This document shows positions 38,609 to 50,500 of a stretch of 64,000 nucleotides of DNA, piece after piece; within the stretch, counting starts at the first letter, position 1; every line of letters starts with the position of its first letter. The translations under genes and the position numbers were made by a program. Location: positions 1-64,000 of the forward strand of contig JASANG010000245.1 of assembly GCA_030248215.1 (NCBI GenBank). Reading direction: 5' to 3'. The stretch comes from Enoplolaimus lenunculus (taxonomy: Eukaryota). Under the pieces are notes generated by a model. It did not search any database. It worked only from the letters and a program-made list of their open reading frames with translations, and had not been told where the DNA came from.

Positions 38609-39191
38609 GGGTGGACCTTAGTGAAAATTGTGAAGTGTAAGCATGTGAGACATGCTTGTCCTAGTTCATATGCAATATATGCATGTGAGTATATATACGC
38701 GGCTTGTGTACGTGCAGTGTGTAATGTTAACACATTACATACTTGTGCACATATACCACCAGAGGAAATTAGAATATCGGCCGAGTGGTGTAATGGGTAG
38801 CGCGCTTGACTCGCGAGCGAGAGGTCTGAGGTTCGATTCCCGGCGTGGCCATATCTTTCGGAGAAATTTAGGAGAAAAATCAAATATATTCGCAGTACTT
38901 CGGAGGAAGTGGTCGTCCCGACCGTGCAGTTCTGACAATGCAATACGCATTGCGTTATATGCTGCCAGAAGCATTACGTGTGGACATATAGTCGACGAGA
39001 CATGCAGTTTGAGAGGCGGGCTGCGTGGCGCAGTGGTAGAGCGCTTGTCTCAGCCATATCTTTCGGAGAAATTTAGGAGAAAAATCAAATATATTCGCAG
39101 TACTTCGGAGGAACTCACAGCAAGACAGAAAAAAAAAAAAAGAGGGGCGGGAGGAACCTTGCCTCAGCATCATAAGGCCTAAAGTCCACGT
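38609..39191 (+). mobile_element. Composite element with two tRNA-derived heads, a duplicated body and poly(A), inside a short inverted repeat
   Basis: TTAA|GGGTGGACCTTAG...CTAAAGTCCAC. tRNA-like segments at 38779-38851 and 39019-39056, each followed by the same ~60-bp body. A13 at 39129-39141. Confidence 0.55.
38779..38851 (+). pseudogene. tRNA-like sequence (SINE head or pseudo-tRNA, CGC at the anticodon position)
   Basis: GGCCGAG-TGGTGTAATGG (A-box)...GGTTCGATTCCC (B-box)...CGTGGCCA. The acceptor, anticodon and T stems all have mismatches. Confidence 0.65.
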
Positions 39192-40424
39192 ATTTACCCA
39201 GATTGCTTAAAACATGGCCTTATCACTATTTACCCAGATTGACAGCTATTAATATTAATACACCTGGTTATTTAATGTTAAAAGCAGCACAAGATGTCGG
39301 CTGCAAAGAGCCATCATTGACCGTTCGCTTAAATTCGATATATACTACCTCGAACCTGATCTTTTAACCAAATTTTTCCTATGACGCACTAGCCACGTAT
39401 TTCGCCTAATTGAAGGGTCCGGTGGAGAGTGCTTTGAATGAATTAAATTCTTTGAACGTTCAGCTGGTCCTCTTGTGATGCTATCTTGCTATGAACAGAA
39501 ACATTGGCAGCGGAGGTAGTCCTACAATTTTACCCTTAGCTGCGGCTTCGGTATAATTTTCGCCGAGCTTCAAGGAAATTCTGCAGTAAAAATTTTCTTA
39601 GATCAGTCCGCGTTTCACCAATAATTGAGTACGTTTCAAAGTTTACGACGACATTGAGAGATTTAGCTGCCAATGTTTATGAAAAGGGAAGGTTGACAAT
39701 TACTTTTTCGCAATATTTAGTAGATTAGTGTTAAACATATTTTACACAACAGCAAATTCTCAATATCATTTTTATTAGCATTTGGCTAATTGGCGCAGCA
39801 ATTGCAATGAAATAATGCAGACGATTTTGTCACCTTGTTACAAATTTTTTATTCTTAATGAATAGGGAAGCTATACCACAAACATAAAGAAGGAGATCGC
39901 TACAAATAGCATGTATAATTTATTAGAAAATTTTTGGTACTTATAATTTTGCACCTGCAGCAATTTTACTTTAATCTGGACAATACCAATAGTAATTACG
40001 TCGAAGCTTGCAAAATTATGAGATTTAAAGCGAGTTTGCACGCTCCGCGAAATATTTTGCAAGCAGAGTAGCGTTTCAAGACCGATATCACGTGGGGAAA
40101 ACTTATTCGAAGTGAACTAAATTTTTTTAACTGGCGTTGGTGTTCAAACGGAAAAAATTGCGGCAACGTGTGCTATCCGGGAGAAACGCTATTCATGGGA
40201 AGGAGCAAAGTTACACAAAGTGATCTAAGCTTTTTCACCGTTGCATATATTTCAAGGGCAAAAAGTACGCAGGAAAAACATTGCGCTGTTTACTGCGAAA
40301 CAATTTTTGTTTAGCGTCATGTGTTGTTGTTCCGCTGCCGCTTCGTCCCACTCTTGCAACTGTTCGTCTATTTTAATGTTCCGTTGTCCGAATGATCGCT
40401 ATGTCTTAACGACGCTGCGTCACA

Positions 40425-40745
40425 ACCGTGCCCACTGTCAACGGTGTCAGGACTGTGCCCACTACCCTAATAGGGCTAACTGTCCCCGCTATCCCAACTG
40501 TTCCAGTTGCCCCGACTGTTCCATTCGTCCCCACTGCTCTGCTGTCTCAACTTTCCCCACTGTCCCGACTGTTGCTACCGTTCCACCTGTCCCCGCTGTC
40601 CGCCGCCATCCCAGCTGTTCCACTGTCCTAATTGTCCGCACTGTCTCAACTGCGTCCACCGTCTCAACTTCCCGCTGTCCCAACTTTCCCTATAGTAAAA
40701 ACAACGGCCCCAACTGTCCTCACTGTCCCAACTGCACCACTAACT
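40425..40745. repeat. Degenerate 9-bp tandem repeat (CCCAACTGT-like)
   Basis: 9-bp periodicity that produces low-complexity ORFs on both strands. Confidence 0.8.
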
Positions 40746-42014
40746 AAATGGCTTAGGAATACGCGTATAGTACGCCTGCGCCCCTGATCTTTACATTATG
40801 CACCTTAAAAGCTTTTGGTCACACTGCTAATTTTGAGCTTAAGAAATGCTTATCGCATGTAGGCATGTGTATTGAATAAACAAATTGCTAAGTTTTCTGC
40901 AATAAATCCTAGAATTCAACGTTAATCCAAGATCTATCCGAATTTGAGTTTTAGTTATAGTACATAGTCTGACATCTAGCAATCTCCACTGGATAGCTTC
41001 AACTTTAAAAGCCCTCAATTGACTTAAGTCAAAGATCGACTAAAGGCATGGACAAAGTATTAACGCCAGTGACCGTCCCATTTTTCCAGAACAGCACTGT
41101 ACGACGAGTATACGCAGTAAATATAATTATATTCGCCCATAAAAGATCAGGTACTGAACGTTTTTCTGTGGGACTAGAAAGAGTAAGCTTAAGCTTTTGA
41201 CTTATTTGTTGTTTGGCTTAGGCTTAGGCTTAAGCTTAGGCTTAGAAATATGCTCATAATTCTGTTCCGCCCCAGTCCTTTACATTGACCGCGTAAGCGT
41301 AAGCCTAAGCTAAGCGTATGAATGAGCTTCAAGGCCTAAACTTTAGCCTTAAAAGCCTAAGCAAAAAAATTAAAGCTTAAGTAAAATTGGTCTAAAGCTT
41401 AAGCTATACCAGTTTTATAAAAAAGTTCCGCCCCTGATCTTTATTTGAGTCGAAAAGTGTGTCACTATTAAAACGACATCATACTAAAGCAGACTGTAGG
41501 TACGTACGGCAATTGTTCGTTTAAGGAGACAAAGCAAAAAAATATTTTCTAACTCCGGTTTCCCTCACTTCCGGTTTCTCCTTTAGTATTACTAAAGCAG
41601 GAGTGTTTTGAACGCTGGTGTGTGTACGTTGCACTCCTGTTTGAGAGACTGTCAGCGTAAAACATGCGGGACTAAATTTTGGAAATGAAAATTCGTTAGA
41701 TTACTAAAGTTAAAAATGTTTCCGCAAAATTTTTGACGGAGGGAAAAAGCGCTTCAGCAAAGCGAGCAAGAAGCCAGACGTATTTTACATATATCTTGCC
41801 ACTGTAGCAGGTATACAGAACAGTGCGCTCCTGGTTACACCAGTTTTTACAGTTGCGAGCAATTTATTTGCTTGCAATTGACTTTTAGCAAAATTGTAGA
41901 ATTTGGAATTCCTAAATCTTAATTCGCTTCTAATTTCAAAAACCGTCGACTTGAAAAATTAAATAAGCCTTTGCTATATTGATTATTTGTTTTGGCCAAT
42001 GTAGCGAGTACGTA

Positions 42015-42240
42015 CACTGCAAAAAAATGGTGAGTCAAATTGACTCTCTCTCTGAAATAGGCTTTTCTGGACTACACAAACTGAGTCAAAATTCGAATCC
42101 GCCAGAATCATATTCGACTATAACTGATTTGCTCGGTGAGTTGAATTTGACTTTGGCGGAGTCGAATTTTGACTCAGTTTGTGTAGTCCGGAAAAGCGTA
42201 TTTCAAGGAAAGTCATGTTGATTCACCATTTTTTGCAGTG
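42015..42240. mobile_element. CAC...GTG-terminated hairpin MITE with TA TSD (CMC/EnSpm-like); copies at 48299-48497 and 53204-53404, partial at 28769-28894 and ~52122-52220, related at 58333-58686
   Basis: TA|CACTGCAAAAAATGGTGAGTCAA...CACCATTTTTTGCAGTG|TA, with internal GAGTCAAATT/TTGACTC repeats. Confidence 0.85.
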
Positions 42241-43041
42241 TACAACACCCTACGACAAACCATTTCTATCACGGAAGCTTAAACTGTTACCATGACAATT
42301 ATTTATTATACATGCAACAGTGGTTTAGTGCCAGAACACGCGTATCGCGCATGCTTTTAAAAACCTGAGCTTTTAGTCATTCCTAGGTTACGACTCTAAT
42401 CATAGGCTCAGGTAACGGTGGGAAGGGGGGTTAGACGTCAAACCTCTGTCATTTTGTCCACGTATTGAATAAATTTTTTTCAGTTGGTAATACAAGTCAA
42501 TCCAACTTCTAAGTTTATACATAATTCTATACCGGCTTTGAAATTTATCGGTAATCCTCTGGCTTTAGTGATGGCTTAAAACTGCTACTATACGCGTATA
42601 TATTGGTAGTTTCTGTATACATTATTAATAGATACCTGGGGTTTAAATGACAATAATTCATGATCACGATCCAATATGTTTGTTGTTTATGACGTTCAAT
42701 TGTTTAATATTTTACAAGCTATTTATTTTGGGTTTAGATGCCGATGATGGCCCATGTATAGAACAAGGCCGGAACAGTAGTATAAGCATATTCCTAAGCC
42801 TAAGCCAAAGCCTAAGCGTAAGGATGAGTCTATTCCTAAGCCTAAGCAAAAAATTAGTCTAATGTTTAAACTGACTCTATTATAGCCCGTCCGGAAAACG
42901 ATCCGGCCCTGTTCTATACATGGGCCCCGATGACGATAACCAGATAGGAACACATTCTGTGATTTCATTTTGTGAGAGAATTCGGCACTCAAACAGAATT
43001 TTATTATGATAAGAAAATTTTTCAAATACGTTCTATATATT

Positions 43042-43356
43042 TAAGGTCATTTCTATTATTCTTCCTCCTGCTCGCATTTGCGCAAAAATCGTTTGACTTT
43101 AAAACTTTTTGCTTGTTTGAGCTTCTCATGACTTCTCCTGATCATTCCAAGCCTAAATTTGAATTTTTGAAAAAATTACATTTTTTGGGTATCTGGGGGA
43201 CGTTGGGACCTTAATAAATAGAATTTTTCAAAAACTCAAATTTAGGCGTGAAATGATCAGGTGAGTTCATGAGAAGCTCAAAATATATGTAAAAAAGTTG
43301 TATATCCAACGATTTTTAGGTAAACCCGTGCTGGGGGAATAACGGAAAAGACCCTA
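43042..43356. mobile_element. Foldback MITE with long imperfect inverted repeats
   Basis: GAGCTTCTCATGA..CCTGATCATT..GCCTAAATTTGA at 43120-43175 is inverted at 43222-43280. Confidence 0.65.
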
Positions 43357-43623
43357 TATTTATTTCATCTCACTGTTAATAGTTGTCATGGACAATGTAA
43401 AGAACAGGGGCTGGACAGTATTTATAAGCATATTCCTAAGCCTAAGCCTAAGCCAAGCAAAAAATAGTCTAAAGCTTTAACCTTACTCTATTGCAGTCCC
43501 ACAGAAAAACGTTCCGCCCCTCGTCGCCATCGACATACGATTGATGATTTTTACCATTTTGCGTGGACTGGATAAAATTGCTGCAAGACGTATTTGCTTG
43601 TCCTTAGTTCGGGTTTAATTTAA

Positions 43624-43886
43624 CCCTTTCTCACATGAATATTTTCTATTTCCCCTGAGACCTACTTTTATGCTAGGATTCGAACTCCGGTGACTGGTGT
43701 GGGAGGCGTATACCATCACCACTCACCTATAGGAGCTTGACGCTCGAGCCCGAGAAGGCTCTCACGTCTTGTGGTGATTTAGTACTATGTATATGTGTTG
43801 CAATTGTTAAACACGGTGCGATATACATTATTTAACGTATATATACTGCGCTTAGTTGCCTATAGGCAACTCAATGTGGGAAGGGG
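43624..43886 (-). mobile_element. piggyBac-type tRNA-carrying MITE (a further partial copy at 58212-58270)
   Basis: TTAA TSDs, TIRs, A- and B-boxes. Confidence 0.9.
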
Positions 43887-44221
43887 TTAAATTCGTTTTC
43901 ATGGCAACTTTCTCTAGCGCTCAATGGTAGATTTTCAAACAAGCGAACTTTACCAGCGGCACATTTATAAACCGTGAGCATATAAAGGATTAGGCTTTTA
44001 CCGCGGAACTGCAATACAGTAAGATAAAGCTTTAGACGAATTTTTTGTTCAGGTTTAGGATTAGGCTTAGGAATATGCTGATACTACTGTTACGGTCATG
44101 TTGTTTACATTGGTCAAAGTGTGGTCGATTGCAAAACAACTGGTTTTTTCGGTGATTATTTACTTGTATTATTTAATTAATATTGCTCTTAGGATACGTG
44201 AACATTTGAAAACTGTATATA

Positions 44222-46570
44222 ATGATAGAACAAGCATATCTGTGTCTGGCCACATTGTTGATTGCTCAAAAAGCTTCAGGTAAATAAGCGAACCCAATGT
44301 CGTATGTACGTCAGGGACTGCAAAAAGGGAGGGCTAAAAACAACTCGAACCGGAGCTAAAAATTTTGCCGGAACCGTAGGTGAAACACAAAACCGGTAAT
44401 AAAAAAGGATATTAAATTTGCTAATTTTAACCAAAGATTTCAAAGTTTAAGTCGAAACGTTGTTATTTGAGCGTTCTGTCGAAGAAATCAGTCGAATGTT
44501 TAAAAATTGCCCCAAACTTACAAACAAACTGGCTGAATGCGCAATTTTTGATAAGAATATGAAAAAGTTGACTACTTAAATTGCTGGAACCTGTGCTAAA
44601 AAATCTACCGGAGACGGAAGTAAATTTTCAGCGGGTACCGGAAGCAGATCTCCAATTGCGTGTTCAAACAATGTTTCTTTGAAACACGGTTGAACACCTA
44701 TTGGTCCCAGTCTCAGAGTGCATTTACTAAAATGTTTTTGTTATCGATGTGGTCCTGGGATGGAAAAAAATTGAAATTCTTAAAAAATTCAAATTTCAAT
44801 GGGGAAGAATGATCAGTGGAGATCATGAAAAGCTAGCCTACTGTAGTGGCCCAATAAGAAGGGGGACTGATATGTATTTGGCCTCTCGAAAGGGTACCCC
44901 TCTTTGTTATTCGGTTACGGGCTGTTATTTATGTTTAACGCGCCCTCCGCCGCCCTTCTTTACTGATATATATCCGGCATTGCAACTATCCGTTGAATTA
45001 AACGTTTATTTGTTTTGTATATCAAAAGTATATAGGCGATAATGCAAAGTTGAATATAATTTTAAAACTTAAGTACGCTTTAAAATTTCGAACTCAACTT
45101 TATTTGGTCCTGGAATCATTTATGCACTACAATTAGATATAATTGACATTTATGGTCGCTATTTATGATTTAGGGCCTCTATCCGCATACGAACTCTTTT
45201 TAGGGATACGGACTCTAATTGATTAGTACTCAATATGGGGATCCCCCTCTTATTACCCACCTCTTTTCGGGTCACTACAGTATACAAAAATTTCCAAAAT
45301 TCCGACCGTGTTTGGGCCAACGTCGACGTGAACAGAAACGAACCAAACATTCCAAACCACATTTTCTGGAAATAATCCGCTTCTCCAGTTCTCAACATAT
45401 TTCAGAAACACTGGCTATCCGATGCTACTCATGCATGTCAAGCTTACCTTTTGATACGCGGCTGGAAGCCAAAAGACTTGCCAAAGAAATGCTTGGACGT
45501 AACTACAATTTGCCTGAAATTTCCGACTACTGTCGCACGCCGCAGAGTTATGAGTTCAAAAGTGTTATGAAAGTTGAATGTCCGCACAGTTGTGTCAAAC
45601 TGCGGATCAGTGTTCAAGGTAAAAAGTGTCAAATGTTTATCAAACCTGGCATTTTTAAACGCAGTTATGAGCGTCAAGTTACAGCTGCCTGGTTGAATAT
45701 TGGGTCGGTCAGATCTTGTAATTCTATCTGTTTCTGTGAGTTGCAGCTATTCTGGTGCCGTCAGGATGGGATAGTTCTTCTGTGGGACTGCAATAGAGTA
45801 AGCTTAAGCTTTAGACAATTTTTTTGCTTGGCTTAGGCTTTAGGCTTAGGCTAAGATTATGCTCATTCTTACCTTAGGTTTATTGTTATAAATATGCTTA
45901 TAATACTGTTCCGCCCCGGTTCTTTACATTGGCCGATGCATGGTTCCGCTTGCGGTCTGAAACCAAAAAAAACAGCTTCGATGTATTGTACAACTATATT
46001 TATATCTATATTATTAAAGCTGTAACGCCCCACATACATAATTTGCGCAAGTTTCAAGCATACTTTGTATACAGTTATTACATAGCACATAGCCGACATT
46101 GTTCAGAAAATTTGCATGCAGATTTTTGTGCATTCACAGCCACTTGTGTACAATTCGCAAAGTTTGACAACTAGTTATACAGCAAAGCTTGAACCAGGGT
46201 TGTTTTTTGCCACAAAAAATTATGACCAAAACAGGATAATCTTGGCTTTGCCAACTTCCGAGTGCGATGTTGCATACATAAAAGTTGCACAATGTTTTCG
46301 TTCAAACGATATTAAAAGCCGCAAAACTGGTGCTCTGGCATGTGTAATAGTATTTTTTCAGATCTGGTCTTCATTATTCGCGGATGCAACAGTACAGTTT
46401 TCAGACCAGGCGTTCACGTATCACCGGAACCGTGCAATTCTTACTCGAAAGTCTCAATATGCAACTGCAATACTGAATTTTGCAACACAGCGACGCCGCA
46501 ATTTTATTATGTTTCGAACCATTTTTTGTTATGTTTCACGGTGGTTAGCATTTTATTTCTTCTATTTTAA
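44222..46570 (+). CDS. Ly6/uPAR three-finger GPI-anchored protein (quiver/sleepless or ODR-2/HOT-like), 159 aa
   Basis: Exons 44222-44279, 45406-45618 and 46362-46570 (phases 1, 1). Signal peptide MIEQAYLCLATLLIAQKASETLA, then IRCYSC..CVK..IRGC..CNCNTEFCN and a hydrophobic C-terminal GPI signal. Confidence 0.9.
44841..45280. mobile_element. Tc1/mariner-pogo-type MITE with TA TSD (Ly6 intron 1)
   Basis: TA|CTGTAGTGGCCCAATAAG...CGGGTCACTACAG|TA. Confidence 0.85.
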
Positions 46571-47279
46571 CGTATTAAATTTGGCCGTGATAACCGTTAA
46601 CAATTAGCCCAAATACGTATATATACTCGCTTGATGACCAATTATTAAAACTTGAGATTTTGGCACAAGCACGACTAAAACATTCATCGGCGGTCGACAA
46701 CCTTTGCAGAGATTGTCGAAGCAAGCGATGGATCAACAATCCCTGCACAATGAGTGCTCGATCTGACTGCTTTATCCCCACTGAATATCCGCTACGAATT
46801 GAGTAGCCACAGGCCAACAAAGTATTGCCTAATTTTGGGTAACCCAATCCTTGCAACTTATCCAGAATTGACCGTCTTTTATCACTTTACCGAGAAATAC
46901 GAAAACCGCTCAGAACGCCTTTTGTGACTGGAAGAAATTGGTGTAAGAATAGCAACACAGGCATATAACACCATCTGAATCCACTGGAATAATATTTGCT
47001 CCGATTACCTGTGACCTTCCGATCATAATTACCTCTGCACGAAGCTGACTAGTGACTAGCTGAAGCTTATTTCGATATTCTGAGGCGGACCTGATGCGCG
47101 TAGATATAAAGTTGCGACTTACACGCCTCGGGTGAAGCAATATCTACCCGCGGGCTCTGTAGGCAGTCGGGTAATGCTTTTATCACCGCAAAAGGGTTGA
47201 AATCTGATCCACGTTTTACGCTCCACAGAGTTTATCGTAATTCGATCGAAACTCGCAGTAAACTGTTACAAAACTGCAC

Positions 47280-47440
47280 ATAACAAGCAACAATAATAAA
47301 TAAATAAATAAATTAATTAATTAAATAACTAATTCATAAACAAATAAATAAAGAAACAAATAAATAAATAAATAATTAAATAATAATAATAATAAAAAAT
47401 AGTAAAAATAATAGTAATAATATTAATAATAATTAATAAC
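47280..47440. repeat. (AAAT)n/(AAT)n low-complexity tract
   Basis: Direct inspection. Confidence 0.85.
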
Positions 47441-47585
47441 ATTTGAAATGTTCGAACCTTTTAATCCACAACCATGCTCCGAAAGAAAACTTACAATTCC
47501 TGAACAAAATAACATTTATACGAAGCAACAGCAACAATTATAAACAATATTAATATTATATTGAAATATTCAGGTTCGTCCTATT

Positions 47586-50500
47586 TCACAACCTGGCTAC
47601 AAAAGTAAAATTATCAACTGTTAGCGTTCCGGTAAACGCATTGCCATCATCTTGGTTGCACGAAGCTTTCGTTTGATTCGCTGCCATCCATTCGGATGCC
47701 GATATTAGCCGCTGCGATGGAAAAGGTTGTTGCTGGCCCATCTGCGCACCAATATTTGACCATCCTGCATGTTGTGGACGCAGTCCCGGCATTCCAGACA
47801 CGGGTTTCAGGGTAGATGCACGGCGTCGTGGCTGGGTATAGTAGAAATTAGCTGGCCATTTATTGCTTCGTGTTGAAATTCGGTTTCTGGTTGGCGGTTC
47901 CATTGTACGAGATGATAAACGTTGAATGTTACGCTTTGAGTTGGTTTTTTGAACTCCAGTTGAATTCAAGTTGTGACCGTTGGAATGATTTGCTCGACGT
48001 AAGGTGACACTTTTGAACACAGGAACATCGTCTGTTGGAGGCTCTAACTTGTTCACTCCAAGGTGGGATACCGGTTTAGGACGACAATTTTCAGGGATTA
48101 ATCGAGTGTTTGGCAACTCAGGATGCTGCGAGCCGGCGACAGCAATGGCACACGGCGGTTCAATAACCGCAAACCGGCCTTCGTTTGATGAATAAATATT
48201 GTAGAATGAAATCGAACGCGCTTGAGCCATTTTCCACACGTTATCATCCGGTTGAAGATTTGAAACTAAATATCAGGACCGGTTTCAAAGAGTACCTACA
48301 CTGTTAAAAATGGGGAGTCAAATTGACTCTCTCGGAAACAGGCTTTGCCTGACTACACAAACTGAGCCAAATTTGACTCCGCCAGAGTCAAATTCGATTC
48401 ACTGTTGACTCTGGCGGAGTCAAATTTGACTCAGTTTGTGTAATCAGGAAAAGCCTGTTTCCGAGACAGTCAATTTGACTCCCCATTTTTTACAGTGTAG
48501 CTTGGGGACCCGTACAAAAGCCAAACAGTATGCCCTTTAGCAGGGTGCAACCGGAATTATAAATTATCGGAACCGGAGAGTTATAAAATACCGTAACCGG
48601 AACCGGAACATTAAAAAATACCGGGACCGGAACCGGAAAATAAAAAATATTTGTTACCGAAAAATTCATTTTAAGCGCTATTTTATCGGTTTTAATGCTG
48701 TAAACACACCATTTAGAATGTCAAATCCAGAAAAAATGCAGTAGGTGGAAACAATTGAAAATTTTGGCAATACCTACACGCTCGGACAATTTTAGATAAA
48801 TAAGTTGGAATAATATGCCAATTTTTCTTAAATTTTCGAATGAGAAAAATTTTTCAATACCGAAAATACCGTAAAATTCCGGTAAAAAATACCGGATTTC
48901 TTACCGGAACCGGATAGTGAAAAATACCGGATTTCCCTACCGGAACCGGAAATCCGGTTCCACCCTGCCCTTTAGATTAACAAGTAAGTTTCGTTTTGTA
49001 CTTTATTCAGTAGTATTGGCCGCATCAAGAGTGGATAATCACTACAGTACAAGAGTGTGCAACTGGGTACATTCTATGTAGAAAAGAATGTACCCGGAAA
49101 GCGTTGCATTTTTGACCCCCCACTCTTCATCTAGAGGGGGTTCAACCGGTGCGAACCATGACACTTTATGTATACGGTGTCAAACATGCTCTTCTTATAG
49201 TTGAATTTATGGATATTCATGTGATAGCGCCCCCCCTCAGAACAAGGGGGAGTCGGCCAAAAACGCAACACCCGGTGGTACATTTGTTACCCTACGGGAC
49301 CCCAAAGAGTTGCACACTCTTGTCATTATCCATTCTTGGCGGCATCAATTGAAATAATTTCGCGAACGAAGCGAGTCAGGGGCAAGACGCATGTGTTTGC
49401 ATTCAAACCCCTCAAAGAACGTTATTTTTTGATACAGCCGACTTTTTAAAGTTGAGTTTAACTAACAAAGCCAAAAACTTTTTAGGCCACCCCTCAAACC
49501 AGGGGAAAGTTGATAATGTAAGCACGACTCTTCACAGGACAAATTGTATGTGCATACCAATGCAATAGTACGATTTTCTTTGCACTTGTTTACTGTCCCC
49601 TACACATGATTCCTAGATTGATAAAACACGATGAGGCTTAGGCTTAGGCTTAGGTTCAGGAATAGCCTTGACCTCAGTCTGAGCCTCGGCCCAAGCCTAA
49701 AGCTAAGCTTAGAAAAATAATAAACAATAGTGCAGGCGGCATTCACATTCTGTCAAGTTAACACTAGTGTGGAAGGAGACTACTTCTGCACTACAATTTG
49801 TATTTAGCCGTATTCTGGGACTAAAACCCGTATTTTCATATATGTGTAGCACGTATCACTAGTTGGCGATATGTCTTGTAACTTTCGAACCAGTGAATAC
49901 TGACGCATCAAAAATAAGCACGTGTTTTGCATATGATTTGGTCTACTTTTGTGCCAATTGTGAGTTCAACAACTGCAACCCTTAGTGAGTTTGCAAATTT
50001 ATTACTAACTGATGATAGTTGCTATATATATTTCAAAATATGTGCTCAAAATGTTAAGTTTAACCGTTGATTTGAATTTATTTTCAGTGGTAACAGTTTA
50101 AACAGTTGCTTAGGGTTTGGTACTATTTCAAAACATATCTCTGATCGATTAGACATAAATTTGACCACAGGCCGTTCCCATAATCTCAGTAATACAACAG
50201 TGAGTAACTGGTGATTGCAAGAGTGTATAATTACCAAATAGAATGCAACTCTTACGAAAAGTAAGCTGGTGCTATTTGTTCTATCACGTGGTCGCAATAT
50301 GATGGTACCTGATATGGGAGGGAATATAAAGGCTGTTTTTGCGCACTAAATTTGTAACATAAGCACTGTGATATGCAGTCTACAATACGGAGTGCGTTCT
50401 CTAATTGATTTGACGTTGAAAATGAACCTCGATACCCGTCAGTTGGACGAAGGGTATGACGGAAAAAGCCCCCCCACGTGGGACGGTACACAGATGAACC

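Noticed and set aside
38779..38851. Functional tRNA-Ala(CGC)
   Set aside because: The stems are mismatched, there is no oligo-T terminator of 4 or more directly after it, and it is followed by a duplicated SINE-like body.
40241..40747. Cys/Pro-rich or PTV-repeat protein
   Set aside because: It is a degenerate 9-bp DNA repeat that is open in several frames, with no splice support.
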